Assembly (NCBI GenBank): GCA_963804645.1
Contig: CAWDRG010000015.1
Location: forward strand, 305,822-369,821
Source: an uncultured Bacillota bacterium
GTDB taxonomy: Bacteria > Sysuimicrobiota > Sysuimicrobiia > Sysuimicrobiales > Segetimicrobiaceae
Direction of reading: 5' to 3'
DNA: 64,000 nucleotides
The notes beneath the pieces are model-generated. The model was not told the origin of the DNA, did not search any database, and worked only from the letters and a program-made list of their open reading frames with translations. Shown here in pieces: positions 18,054 to 27,584 of this stretch (the first letter of the stretch is position 1; the number at the start of each line of letters is the position of its first letter). Made by a program: the position numbers and the translations under genes.

Positions 18054-18989
18054 ATGCTCGTGGCGACGACACGGTATGCGGCGGTTCCGGTGGCCACGCT
18101 GGCGAGTGGGATGGAGGTGTCGGTGCCCCTCCACGAAGTTCGCGGCACGGCCGGGGACGGCCCCACGCTCGGTCTCTCTGCGTGTCTCCACGGGGACGAG
18201 CAGGTGTCGACCGAGATCCTGTATCGGTTCGTGCAAGGGCTCGATGTGGGACAGCTCAAGGGCCGAGTGCTCATCGTGCCGGTCGCGAACGCGCTCGCCT
18301 ACGAGTCGATCACGCGGCACACGCCGCTCGACATGCAGAATCTGAACCGGGTGTTTCCCGGGGGCGGAGAGGGGTTCTTTACCCACCGGCTCGCCGGGGT
18401 GCTGGTGCGCGAGTTCCTCGACAAGCTCGACTACTACGTGGATCTGCACGCCGGCGGCGTGTATCCGACGGTCGACTACGTCTACATCACCAACGCGGAA
18501 GCCCTGTCGCGCGCGTTCGGGACGGCGGTGCTGTTTCGTCCGTCGGGCGGCGTCCAGTACGGGGGGTCGACCGCGGCCTACATGCGCGAGCGCAACATCC
18601 CGTCGGTGACGGTGGAGCTCGGCGGCGGGCCGGTCGATCAGGCGGCGTACGTGGCCCGCGGCATCGCCGGCATCCAGAACATCATGCGGACGATCGGGAT
18701 GCTCGCCGGGGACCCCGCGCCCGCACCGCCGCAGACCGTGCTGCGCACCCTGCTGACGCTGCGGCCGACGGCCGGCGGGATGCTGGTCCCCGAGGTCACG
18801 ACGCTGCACACGCGGCTCGGCAAGGGCACGGTGCTGGGCCGGACCGTGAGCCCGTATTCGTTCGACGAGCTCGAGGTGTTTCGCGCGCCGTTCGAGCCGA
18901 GCCTCACGGTGCTGGTCCGCCAAGCCGTCTGCCGGATCGATCCAGGCGATTTTGGCTACATGATCGGTGACCTATCGACCGCCGAGTGA
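18054..18989 (+). CDS. Succinylglutamate desuccinylase/aspartoacylase (AstE/AspA) family zinc deacylase
   Basis: CLHGDEQVS, MQNLNRVFPGG and VDLHAGG match the Zn-ligand and family motifs. Confidence 0.75.
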   Translation: MLVATTRYAAVPVATLASGMEVSVPLHEVRGTAGDGPTLGLSACLHGDEQVSTEILYRFVQGLDVGQLKGRVLIVPVANALAYESITRHTPLDMQNLNRVFPGGGEGFFTHRLAGVLVREFLDKLDYYVDLHAGGVYPTVDYVYITNAEALSRAFGTAVLFRPSGGVQYGGSTAAYMRERNIPSVTVELGGGPVDQAAYVARGIAGIQNIMRTIGMLAGDPAPAPPQTVLRTLLTLRPTAGGMLVPEVTTLHTRLGKGTVLGRTVSPYSFDELEVFRAPFEPSLTVLVRQAVCRIDPGDFGYMIGDLSTAE

Positions 18990-19034
18990 CGGTCGGCCGG
19001 GGCCGGGCTGGAGCGTGCGGCGCGGATCGCGTCC

Positions 19035-20277
19035 GTGTCTGAGCTGGTGGGGGTGCCGCCGCGGTCTCCGTTCGAGTCCCGCGGGTTCGTGCTGCTATCG
19101 ACGGTCCGGCTTGCCTCGGTGCTCGGGGTCCAGGTGCAGTCGATCGGTGTCGCCTGGCTCATCTACACTCTGACCGGGTCGGTGTTGAACCTCGGGTACG
19201 TCGGCCTGGCGCAGTTCGCGCCGACGATCTCCTTGGCCCTGTTTACGGGGCACGCGGCCGACCGCTGGGACCGACGGCGCATCCTCATCGCGTGCTACGC
19301 GGTGCAGCTGGCCTGCGCCGGCGCGTTCCTGGCGCTCGTGCTGCTTCACCGGGCGGCGGCGCCGCCGATGCTGGGCATCCTCGTGGTGTTCGGCGCCGCC
19401 CGCGCCTTTGAGAACCCCGCCGGCCAGTCGCTCCTGCCGAACCTCGTGCCGCGCGCCGTCTACCCGAGGGCGCTGGCCTGGAACGCGTCGGCGCAGCACA
19501 TCGCCACGATCGTCGGCCCCGCGCTGGGGGGCCTGCTGTTCGCCGTAGGGCCCGCGGCGGTGTTCGGGGTCGCGGCCGCGATCTTTGCGATCGCCGCCGT
19601 GCTCACGCTCGCGATTCCGGCGGTCGACCGCCTCGGCCCGCCGGCGACGTTCAGCTGGGCGAGCCTGCTCGCCGGGCTCGGGTTCATTCGCAGCCGGCCC
19701 GAGGTGTTGGGCGCGATCTCGCTCGATCTGTTCGCCGTGCTGCTGGGCGGCGCCACGGCGCTCTTGCCGGCGTACGCCCGAGATATTCTTCACATCGGCC
19801 CGGTGGGGCTCGGCGTGCTGCGCAGCGCCCCGGCGGTGGGCGCGCTCGCGGCGGCGGTCGTCCTCGCGCACCGGCCGCTGGGGGGCCGCGCCGGACGCAC
19901 CATGTTCATCGCGGTCGCGGGCTTCGGCGGCGCCACGATCGTGTTCGGACTGTCGACGAACGTCGTGCTGTCCTTCATCGCGCTCATGGCGCTCGGCGTC
20001 TTCGACACGGTCAGCGTCGTGGTGCGGCTCGATGCTCCTGCAGCTGTCCGCGCCCGACGAGATGCGCGGCCGGGTGGCCGGCGTCAGCGGGATCTTCACC
20101 ACCACGTCGAACCAGCTCGGCGAGTTTGAATCCGGCGTGACGGCCGCGTGGTTCGGGGTGGTGCCGGCGGTCATCCTCGGCGGGGTCGGCACCTTGGTGA
20201 TGACGGTCCTGTGGGCGTGGCGGTGTCCCGCGCTCCGACGGATCGATCGCCTCGAATCCATCGGCGACCGGACGTGA
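19035..20277 (+). pseudogene. MFS transporter (EntS/MFS_3-like) interrupted by a +1 frameshift near 20028
   Basis: Frame A reads ...GVFDTVSVVVR and then turns Arg-rich. Frame B resumes at SMLLQLSAPDEMRGRVAGVSGIF...VILGGVGTLVMTVLW. One extra nt at about 20028 separates the two frames. Confidence 0.75.
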
Positions 20278-20552
20278 GCACGCGGCGCCGAGCGGCCCGG
20301 AGGAGTGGCGTCGCGCGTCGTGGAACCCTGTGCACCGGATGCGTGATCGACGCACCTCCGCTGGCGTGGTTGCCAGTTTCCCTCCGACCGGCACCGACGA
20401 TCCGTCCGCGCTCGTCCCCGACGGCGACCCGTGGCCGTGCCGCGGGCGGAGCGCACCCGATCGATGCCGCGGTGATGAGAGGCCAGGGCGAGGTATGACG
20501 CACACTGAAACGGAGATTACGCTCGCGTCTGGCTCCGGATCGAGTTTGGGCC

Positions 20553-20951
20553 TTGTTGTGGGATTTGGAGCGCGTCGTCCGGTGCCTGCCGGGCTGTCGA
20601 GACGCGAGGACGATCGTGCCGCACGAACGCTACGCGGCCGTCGCCGCGCAGCGGATTGGGCCGTTCAACATGGAGATTCCGCTCGAGATCACCGTGCTGG
20701 AGGCCGAGCCGATGCGCCGGCTGAAAGCGGAGGCGTCGGGCCGAGAGCCGCAGACCGGCAGCGCGCTGCGCGTGGTGTTCGAGTTCCGCCTCTCCGGCGC
20801 TCCGGCCGGAACACGGCTTATGATTCTGTCCGATACCGACGTGCAGGGCACGATGGGCGCGCTGGCACAGAACCTCATCGAGCAGAAGGCGGGCGGTGCG
20901 ATGACGCAGTTCGCCGAGGCGGTCCGGCGCGAGTTGGAGTCTGCCGGGTAG
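20553..20951 (+). CDS. SRPBCC-fold protein, CoxG (carbon monoxide dehydrogenase subunit G)-like
   Basis: The pattern (APDRVWAL)LWDLERVVRCLPGC...GPFNMEIPLEITVLE...QNLIEQKAGGAMTQFAEAV fits the family. Conserved N-terminal residues lie upstream of the first ATG in this frame, and the only nearby ATG (20495) is in another frame. Confidence 0.7.
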   Translation: MLWDLERVVRCLPGCRDARTIVPHERYAAVAAQRIGPFNMEIPLEITVLEAEPMRRLKAEASGREPQTGSALRVVFEFRLSGAPAGTRLMILSDTDVQGTMGALAQNLIEQKAGGAMTQFAEAVRRELESAG

Positions 20952-21008
20952 GCCGGTGGCGGACCGCGACCGTTGTTCGGAGGTGCTCCGACCCGCTGGG
21001 GTCCCGCG

Positions 21009-22083
21009 ATGATCTACGCGCGGGTGGTCAAGCCGCTGTTGTTCCGGTTGGACCCCGAACGGAGTCACGACCTCGCGCTGACATCGCTCGCCGTCGCGGG
21101 TCGCGTGTGGACCCGCGTCGGGGCGGCGCCGCCGACCGCGGACTCGCGCGTGGCGGTCGAACTGTGCGGCATGCGGTTTCCGACCCCGGTCGGCGTGGCC
21201 GGGGGATGCGATAAGGCGGCCCGGGCGCTGTGGGCCTGGCCCTACCTGGGATTCGGGTTTGTCGAGGTCGGCACCGTGACGCCTCGCCCGCAGCCCGGCA
21301 ACCCGCGCCCGCGCCTGTTCCGGCTGCCCGAGGACGACGCGCTGATCAATCGCCTCGGCTTCAACTCGCCCGGCGCGGACGTGGTCGCGGCGCGTTTGGC
21401 CGCGGTGCGGCGGCGCGGCGGCTATCCCGTGCCGATCGCGGCCAACCTCGGGAAGAACGCGGCGACCCCGCTCGAGGCCGCGGCCGATGACTACGTGAGC
21501 GTGCTCGATCGGCTGCACGCATACGTGGATTTCATCGTGGCCAACGTATCGTCACCGAACACCCCCGGTCTCCGCACGCTCCAACTGGGCGAGACCGTGG
21601 TCTCGCTGCTCGACGCCCTGGCGGCGCGAAATCGGAGTTTGGGCGAGAAGCCGCTGTTGATCAAAGTCGCGCCGGACTTGACGCGGGAAGAACTGGAAGC
21701 GGTCGCGGACGCCGTCCGGGGGCGCGCGCATGGGCTCGTGGCCACCAATGCGACGGTGCGGCGCGAGGGCCTCCGAAGTCCGCGCGGGAGCGGAGGCCGG
21801 CGGGTTGAGCGGCGTGCCGGTCCGTCAGATGGCCACCGATGCGATCCGCGTGCTGTCGCGCGCGACCGGCGGCCGCATCCCGATCATCGGTGTCGGGGGG
21901 ATCATGACGGCCGACGACGCGTACGAGAAGATCAGGGCCGGCGCCTCGCTGGTGGAAGTGTACACCGGGTTCGTGTACGGCGGGCCGGGAATGCCGCGAC
22001 GCGTGACCGAGGGGCTGGTCCGGCTGCTGGAGCGCGACGGGTTCCGGACGCTGGCCGACGCGGTCGGCGTCGACAATCGCTAG
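21009..22083 (+). pseudogene. pyrD: Dihydroorotate dehydrogenase (quinone), class 2, with a frameshift near 21780-21792
   Basis: Canonical motifs are present: NRLGFNSPG, ANLGKN, NVSSPNTPGLR, IKVAPDL, ATNATV. The frame then changes, and EAGGLSGVPV, IIGVGGIMTADDA and SLVEVYTGFVYGGPG continue in the +1 frame (ORF 21730..22083). Confidence 0.8.
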
Positions 22084-22095
22084 GGGAGGCGAGCC

Positions 22096-23328
22096 GTGAC
22101 GACATCGATCGTGTTCCGGAACGCGAGCATCGTGGACGGCACCCGGGCCGACCGCCGTGAGGGTCAGCACGTGCTCGTCGAGGACGGTGTGATCCGCGAG
22201 GTCAGCGACCGTCCGATCCGCGCCGCCTCCGCGGAGTCGTACGACCTCGCGGGACGCACGCTGATGCCCGGGCTGATCGATTGTCACGTGCACGTGCTCG
22301 CCGCGGACGTAAATCTCAGCCGGATCGTGTCCGACTCCCTGGCCACGCTGCGCGCGCTCCCGATCATGCGCGCGATGCTTGACCGCGGATTCACCACGGT
22401 GCGCGATGCCGGTGGAGCGGACTACGGGCTCGCGCTGGCGGTGCAGCAGGGCTTGGCGGTCGGTCCACGGCTGTTTGTCTCCGGCCGGGCGCTGAGTCAG
22501 ACGGGCGGCCACGGGGACCAGCGAGGCCGGTTCGACGGCTCGGGAGTGCCGGCGCGCGGCTATTCGGGCGGCGTGTCGAGAATCGCCGACGGCGTCGAGG
22601 CCGTGCGGCTCGCGGCGCGCGAGGAACTGCGCGCGGGGGCGCACCAGATCAAAGTGATGGTCTCGGGCGGGGTGGCGTCGCCGACCGATCCGATCGCCAA
22701 CACGCAGTATTCCCGCGACGAACTGGCGGCGGTCGTCGCCGAGGCGGAGGCGGCCCAAACCTACGTGATGGCGCACGCATACACCGCCAAGGCGGCGCGC
22801 CGGGCGGTCGAGTGTGGCATTCGCACGATCGAGCACGGGAACCTGGTCGACGACGAGACCGCGGCGCTGATGGCGAGGGCCGGAGCCTACGCGGTGCCGA
22901 CGCTCGTCACCTACGACGCGCTGGCGGAGGAGGGCGCCGCGCTCGGCCTGCTGCCCGAGAGCGTCGCCAAGATCGCGGACGTCCGAGAATCGGGCCTGCG
23001 CTCGCTGGAGACCTTCCAACGCGCCGGCGTCAAGATGGCGTATGGCACCGATCTGCTGGGCGAGATGCAGCGGCACCAATCAACCGAGTTCACCATCCGC
23101 GCGCGCGTCCTGCCGCCGTTCGAGGTGATCCGGAGCGCGACCACCGTGGCCGCGGAGGTGCTGCGCCAGGAGGGACGGCTGGGCGTCGTGGCGCCCGGCG
23201 CCGTCGCCGATCTGCTGGTCGTGGACGGCGATCCGCTCAAGGATCTCGGAACGCTGCTCGATCAGGGCGCCCACCTGCGCGCGATCATGCAGGCGGGCCG
23301 CTTCTACAAGAATCAACTGGCAGCCTGA
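22096..23328 (+). CDS. Amidohydrolase-family metal-dependent hydrolase
   Basis: LMPGLIDCHVHV metal motif, KVMVSGGV, AHAYT, IEHGN, YGTDL. This is the typical amidohydrolase_1 ligand series. Confidence 0.8.
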   Translation: MTTSIVFRNASIVDGTRADRREGQHVLVEDGVIREVSDRPIRAASAESYDLAGRTLMPGLIDCHVHVLAADVNLSRIVSDSLATLRALPIMRAMLDRGFTTVRDAGGADYGLALAVQQGLAVGPRLFVSGRALSQTGGHGDQRGRFDGSGVPARGYSGGVSRIADGVEAVRLAAREELRAGAHQIKVMVSGGVASPTDPIANTQYSRDELAAVVAEAEAAQTYVMAHAYTAKAARRAVECGIRTIEHGNLVDDETAALMARAGAYAVPTLVTYDALAEEGAALGLLPESVAKIADVRESGLRSLETFQRAGVKMAYGTDLLGEMQRHQSTEFTIRARVLPPFEVIRSATTVAAEVLRQEGRLGVVAPGAVADLLVVDGDPLKDLGTLLDQGAHLRAIMQAGRFYKNQLAA

Positions 23329-23425
23329 GGGCGCGGCGCCGAACGCGACGAGGCCGGGGCGCCGCACGCCCCGGCCTCGTCGCTCGCTCGCGGCCCGTCG
23401 TGTCAGGCCGCGCACGGCGCTTGAG

Positions 23426-24760
23426 TCACCTTCCCTGCGAGCACGACTGGTCTTGCGAGCCGCGGCCGCACTGCCGCTGGTCATTGCCGCGTCCGTTGCC
23501 CGTCCCGCCGCCCATCCGGCCGGGATTCTGGAAGTTGTTGAAGAGAGAACCTCCGCGTGTGGGCGCCGTCTGGGTGCCGCCGCGCTGATACTGCGGCTGG
23601 ATCTGGGTCGGTCCGCGGTAGGCGGGTGCCGGCTGGGCGTTCGGCCGCTGATACTGCGGCTGGGTCTGGGTCGGTCCGCGGTAGGCGGGCGCCGGCTGGG
23701 TGCCGCCGCGCTGGTACTGGGACGGCTGCGTCTGGGTCGGCCCGCGGTAGGCGGGTGCCGGCTGGGTGTTCGGCCGCTGATACTGCGGCTGGGTCTGGGT
23801 CGGTCCGCGGTAGGCGGGTGCCGGCTGGGCGTTCGGCCGCTGATACTGCGGCTGGGTCTGGGTCGGCCCGCGGTAGGCGGGCGCCGGCTGGGCGTTCGGC
23901 CGCTGATACTGCGGCTGGGTCTGGGTCGGTCCGCGGTAGGCGGGCGCCGGCTGGGCGTTCGGCCGCTGATACTGTGTCTGCGGGTTACCGTTCCAGTGGG
24001 GATCACCCTGCCGGACGGGCGCGTTGTTCCATGTTCCGTTGTACGGCGCGCCGCCGTAGGGCCGGAACTCAGGTCGACTGCCGTAGTACCCTCGGTAGGG
24101 TCCATAGTACGGGTACCGGTAATAGTGACCGGCGGCGTCATGCGAGAGGATGTAGGCGAGGCCGCCCACGATCACCGTGCCGAGCACCACGCCGGCGATC
24201 ACCGCGGGCACCGTGATAACCGGCGCAATCACCGGCACGACGCCGACGAACGGCTGGTAGTACGGCCGGTAATAGTATTGGTAGTACGCGCCGTAATAGG
24301 GGTACCGGTAGTATCCGCCGTCGGGCCCGTGCACGAGGAGATAGGTGAGACTGCCCGCGACGACGGTGCCCAACACCACGCCGTCAACCGGGAGCGGTGA
24401 GACGTCCGCCGCGGGGGCCGGCGAGGCCGGCGGGGCAGGCGGCGCCTGGCCGGCGACCTCCAGCCGCGCGACTTCGAAGGTGTCTCCGTCGGCCACGAGC
24501 CACGCGTTGATGGTGGTGCCGGTGTAGTCGTCGAGCGAGCACAGCGGGGTGCTCGTCGAGTTGACGAGGACGGTCCCGTACGGCGCCACGTCGATTGTAT
24601 TCGGTCCGTTGCCGGTATCGATCGTGACCGTGCCGTTTTCGCAATCGACGGACTGCAGGACGCCCTGGATCTGCACGGTGGACTGGGCTTGTCCTATTGC
24701 GGGGACTCCGAGGAGCGGCAACAGCACGCTAAGCAGGATTGCGACTCCCGTTCGCATCAT
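23426..24760 (-). CDS. Secreted/membrane Tyr- and Gln/Pro-rich repeat protein (no recognisable family)
   Basis: The start was moved to MMRTGVAILLSVLLPLLGVPAIGQAQ (signal peptide), with GGGAGG just upstream. It has a beta-rich N-domain and two hydrophobic segments, each followed by YYRYPYYG. The C-terminus is 6-7 copies of PQYQRPNAQPAPAYRGPTQTQ. Confidence 0.7.
   Translation of the reverse strand: MMRTGVAILLSVLLPLLGVPAIGQAQSTVQIQGVLQSVDCENGTVTIDTGNGPNTIDVAPYGTVLVNSTSTPLCSLDDYTGTTINAWLVADGDTFEVARLEVAGQAPPAPPASPAPAADVSPLPVDGVVLGTVVAGSLTYLLVHGPDGGYYRYPYYGAYYQYYYRPYYQPFVGVVPVIAPVITVPAVIAGVVLGTVIVGGLAYILSHDAAGHYYRYPYYGPYRGYYGSRPEFRPYGGAPYNGTWNNAPVRQGDPHWNGNPQTQYQRPNAQPAPAYRGPTQTQPQYQRPNAQPAPAYRGPTQTQPQYQRPNAQPAPAYRGPTQTQPQYQRPNTQPAPAYRGPTQTQPSQYQRGGTQPAPAYRGPTQTQPQYQRPNAQPAPAYRGPTQIQPQYQRGGTQTAPTRGGSLFNNFQNPGRMGGGTGNGRGNDQRQCGRGSQDQSCSQGR
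23583..23975. repeat. Tandem 63-bp direct repeat array (6 full units, one of them 66 bp, plus degenerate flanks), in-frame inside the CDS
   Basis: Units start at 23583, 23646, 23709, 23775, 23838 and 23901, with a partial unit at 23964. Consensus on the + strand: cgctgatactgcggctgggtctgggtcggtccgcggtaggcgggtgccggctgggcgttcggc. Confidence 0.9.
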
Positions 24761-25094
24761 AGCCTCCCGTGCCCGCCCCCCGACGAGCATTTCCAATCTC
24801 GGGACGACGTTTGAGATCCTGTCGTCCACTATGATTACTGTACCCTGGAGTCTTGAAGAACTCATGAAGGTGCGGAGACTCGCGCGGATCTTCATAAGTG
24901 TGAACTGCGCATCTGCGCTTACGTGTCGGCCGGGATCCGGCTGATTCGGTATGCGTTGCTCGGATCCGTGAAGACGAACGCCGAGCGCCGCGCGCGCGAG
25001 ACGCCGTCCGAGCCGGGGACAGCCGTGCTCTGGCGGGCGTGCCGCCGTTCGTTGCCTTATACGCCGCTGTGCGACCGGGGCCGGTCGGGACCGG

Positions 25095-26801
25095 TTACTC
25101 CAGCCCGAGCACGTTTCCGTGCTCGTCGACATCCATGCGCTCGGCCGCCGGATGTGACGACAGCCCGGGCATCGTCCGCATATCGCCGCAGATCGGGTAG
25201 ATGAACCCCGCGCCCACCGAGGCGCGCACCTCGCGCACCGGCAGCGTCCATCCCGTGGGCGCGCCCTTCAGCGACGGGTCGGACGAGAGGGAGAGATGCG
25301 TCTTCGCCACGCAGATCGGCAGGCGGCCGAAGCCGTTCCGTTCGTAGCTGTCCAGCTGGCGGTTCGCGGCCGGGGAGAACGAGACGCCGGCCGCGCCGTA
25401 CACCCGCGTGGCGATCGTCTTGATCTTGTCGCGCAGCGGCATCTCGTCCGGGTACAGGAACTGAAAGTCACTTGGGGTGCGCGTCGCCTCGGCGACCGCC
25501 TCGGCGAGCTCGACGGCGCCCTTGCCTCCGTCCGCGAAATGCGTGCACACGCACGCCCGCGTGCCGAGGGAGGCCGCGATCTCCTGGATCACCGCGTGTT
25601 CGGACGGAAAATCTCCGGGGAACGCGTTGATCGCGATGATCGGCTTGACGCCGTGCATCTGCACGTTCTCGATCTGCTTCCGGAGGTTGGCGCCGCCGGC
25701 CTGCACGTCGTCGGGGTTTTCCTTGAGGAGGTCGGGCGGGAGCGGGCGCCCAGCGACGATCCGGTACCGCCCGGAATGCGCCTTCAGCGCCCGCACGGTC
25801 GTGACGACGACCGCGGCGTCCGGTCGGAGGCCCGACGTGCGGCACTTGATGTTGAAGAACTTCTCCGCGCCGATGTCGGCGCCAAACCCGGCCTCGGTAA
25901 TGAGAAAGTCGCCGCAGTGGATGCCGATCAGATCGGCCACCACCGAGGAGTTGCCGTGGGCGATGTTGGCGAACGGACCGGCGTGCACGAGCACCGGGGT
26001 CTGCTCGAGCGTCTGCAGGATGTTCGGCTTGAGCGCGTCCCGCATGATGACGGTCATCGCTCCCGCCGTCTGCAGCTGCTCCGCGGTCACGGGCGCGCCC
26101 CCGCGCGTGTACGCGACCACCGTGCGCCCCAGACGGGCGCGCAGGTCCTTGAGCGATCCGGCGAGGGCGAGAATCGCCATCACCTCGGACGCCGCGGTGA
26201 TGTCGAATCCGGTTTGGCGGGGGACCCCGTCCTCCTTGCTCCCCAGTCCGACCACGATGTTGCGCAGCACGCGGTCGTTGACGTCCAGGACGCGCCGCCA
26301 CGTGATGTTGGCCGGGTCGATGTCGAGCGTGTTGTTCTGGAACAGGTGGTTGTCGATCATCGCGGCCAGCAGATTGTGCGCGGCGGTGACCGCGTGGAAG
26401 TCGCCGGTGAGGTGCAGGTTCACGGTCTCGAACGGCACCACCTGACTGTACCCGCCTCCCGCCGCGCCTCCTTTGATGCCGAAGGTCGGACCCATCGAGG
26501 CCTGGCGGAGCGCGATCGTCGCGCGTTTCCCGATGTGGGCGAACGCCTGCCCGAGTCCGACGGTCGTGGTCGTCTTGCCTTCTCCGAGCGGCGTCGGCGT
26601 CACCGCGGTGACGACGACGTACTTGGCCGGCGGCCGCCCGGCGAGGTCATCGATCGCCTCGAGCTTCACTTTGGCGGCGTGCTCGCCGTACGGCTCCAGC
26701 CACCGGCGGGAGATTCCCATCAGATCGGCGATCTCAGCGATCGGCTTCAGACGCGCCTGGCGTGCGATCTCAAGCGCCGAGGGCATGCTGGATCCCGTCA
26801 T
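25095..26801 (-). CDS. fhs: Formate--tetrahydrofolate ligase
   Basis: Full-length match to the FTHFS pattern (TPLGEGKTTTTVGL, GDFHAVTAAHNLLAA, PVLVHAGPFANIAHG). Confidence 0.95.
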   Translation of the reverse strand: MTGSSMPSALEIARQARLKPIAEIADLMGISRRWLEPYGEHAAKVKLEAIDDLAGRPPAKYVVVTAVTPTPLGEGKTTTTVGLGQAFAHIGKRATIALRQASMGPTFGIKGGAAGGGYSQVVPFETVNLHLTGDFHAVTAAHNLLAAMIDNHLFQNNTLDIDPANITWRRVLDVNDRVLRNIVVGLGSKEDGVPRQTGFDITAASEVMAILALAGSLKDLRARLGRTVVAYTRGGAPVTAEQLQTAGAMTVIMRDALKPNILQTLEQTPVLVHAGPFANIAHGNSSVVADLIGIHCGDFLITEAGFGADIGAEKFFNIKCRTSGLRPDAAVVVTTVRALKAHSGRYRIVAGRPLPPDLLKENPDDVQAGGANLRKQIENVQMHGVKPIIAINAFPGDFPSEHAVIQEIAASLGTRACVCTHFADGGKGAVELAEAVAEATRTPSDFQFLYPDEMPLRDKIKTIATRVYGAAGVSFSPAANRQLDSYERNGFGRLPICVAKTHLSLSSDPSLKGAPTGWTLPVREVRASVGAGFIYPICGDMRTMPGLSSHPAAERMDVDEHGNVLGLE

Positions 26802-26950
26802 CGTGTGTTCCTCCGAATAGTGCGTTTGGGGCGCCGCGGGCCGCCATGCGCTATAGTAGCATCTAGCATGATCCGTCGGGCCGCGAGACGGGCCGGACCG
26901 GCGCTCGCGCGGCCGTGCCGGTTCGTCGCGCGGGTCCGGAGGGAGAGTGG

Positions 26951-27565
26951 ATGTCGACGGACAGTCTTCAGGAGCGGAAGGCGCGGCTGCGGGCGGAGGC
27001 GCGGACCCGCCGCGACGCGCTTCCGGCCGGAGAGCGGGCCAGCATGTCCGAGCTGGCCGCGGCTCGGCTGCTCGACCTCATCCATCGGGCCGGCCCCCGC
27101 ATCGTCATGCTGTTCGCGTCGTTCGGCTCGGAGATCGACACCCAGGGGGTCCTCGAGTCGCTCGATCGGGTGGGGCGCCGCCTCGCGCTCCCGGTCGTCG
27201 CCGGACTGGACCTTCGGGCCGTGGTCTACCGGCCCGGGGATTCGGTGCAGACGGCGCGGTACGGCGCTGTCGAGCCGCGTGCCGCCGAGGAGGTGCGGCC
27301 GAATGCGATCGACGTCGTGGTCGTTCCGGGCCTCGCGTTTGACCGGCAGGGCTACCGCATCGGCTACGGTCGCGGCTACTACGATCGGTTCTTGATCCAC
27401 ACGCGCCCGGATGCGCGGCGCGTCGGGTTCGCATTCTCGATGCAGACGGTTCCGCACGTGCCGCACGGGCCCTCGGACCATCCGGTCGATTATCTCGTGA
27501 CGGAGGTCGAGACGATCTCCTGTCGGGCCGAGCGCACGCGGGCCTCCAACGCGTCGGACACGTAG
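26951..27565 (+). CDS. 5-formyltetrahydrofolate cyclo-ligase
   Basis: The start was moved to MSTDSLQERKARLR, with GGAGGGAGAG upstream. Pattern VVVPGLAFDRQGYRIGYGRGYYDRFL. Divergent from fhs. Confidence 0.85.
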   Translation: MSTDSLQERKARLRAEARTRRDALPAGERASMSELAAARLLDLIHRAGPRIVMLFASFGSEIDTQGVLESLDRVGRRLALPVVAGLDLRAVVYRPGDSVQTARYGAVEPRAAEEVRPNAIDVVVVPGLAFDRQGYRIGYGRGYYDRFLIHTRPDARRVGFAFSMQTVPHVPHGPSDHPVDYLVTEVETISCRAERTRASNASDT

Positions 27566-27584
27566 CGCGCCCGCGCCGACGCAC

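Noticed and set aside
20330-21214. A 294-aa plus-strand ORF spanning the CoxG-like and pyrD starts.
   Set aside because: It is Arg/Gly/Asp-rich nonsense out of frame with two genes that have clear family motifs. Only its first codons (MTHTETEIT) may be the displaced CoxG start.
23583-23975. Regular 63-bp direct repeats considered as a possible CRISPR array.
   Set aside because: The units are contiguous with no spacers. They are a multiple of 3 nt, stay in frame inside a signal-peptide protein, and encode a 21-aa peptide repeat. No cas genes are present.
26802-26950. A possible ZTP (pfl) or other folate-related riboswitch in the fhs leader.
   Set aside because: I read the minus-strand leader and found neither the conserved CCGCCTGGGC-type 3' element nor the 5' pseudoknot core. 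Only an AT-rich ctatagtagcatctagcatg patch is present, which is more likely promoter sequence.
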